Assembly (NCBI RefSeq): GCF_964194155.1
Contig: NC_135881.1
Coordinates: 87,854,001-87,918,000, forward strand
DNA from: Cetorhinus maximus
Lineage: Eukaryota
Reading direction: 5' to 3'
DNA: 64,000 nucleotides
Below the pieces are notes generated by a model. It searched no databases. It was not told the DNA's origin and worked only from the letters and a program-made list of their open reading frames with translations. Shown here one piece after another: positions 63,881 through 64,000 of this stretch. The translations under genes and the position numbers were made by a program. The stretch's first letter is position 1. Each line of letters begins with the position of its first letter.

Positions 63881-64000
63881 AAAGGTTGATTCATATTGAG
63901 TTATGCTTCAGGGGAATGGATTACACTGGTTCATATGAGCACTTTTCAAGGGTACTATTGGCCCCTTTAAGTCAATATTGCTCCCATTGCAGAAGATTAG

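Noticed and set aside
1-64000. The remaining short ORFs in the six-frame track
   Set aside because: Nearly all fall in decayed TEs or are antisense/alternative frames, with no recognisable domain or splice support.

Overview
Eukaryotic, repeat-rich vertebrate DNA. The repeat complement (HER1-type CR1, DeuSINE, Penelope and Harbinger MITE families) points to a shark or other cartilaginous fish; this is inference, not a database result. The right half holds the last 11 coding exons of an ABCA-subfamily lipid transporter, best matching ABCA13, on the minus strand (62337 to the stop at 27835). All splice sites are GT-AG, the phases are consistent, and the ~502 codons include an intact NBD2. Almost everything else is layered transposon DNA: a full-length decayed Ty3/Gypsy (Mag-like) element with both LTRs, a second Gypsy gag-PR fragment, and a two-gene PIF/Harbinger transposon (spliced Myb/SANT gene plus DDE transposase) with its MITE and Myb-only derivatives. 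There are also CR1, L2, RTE and Vingi LINE fragments, nested solo LTRs and a DeuSINE. The most notable non-coding signals are a Penelope-type fold-back insertion carrying two minimal hammerhead-ribozyme motifs, a LINE whose 5' end folds like a tRNA, a large inverted LINE pair bracketing one ABCA exon, and a conserved central palindrome in the MITEs. No CRISPR array, rRNA or functional tRNA gene was found, and nothing here is demonstrably a new biological system.
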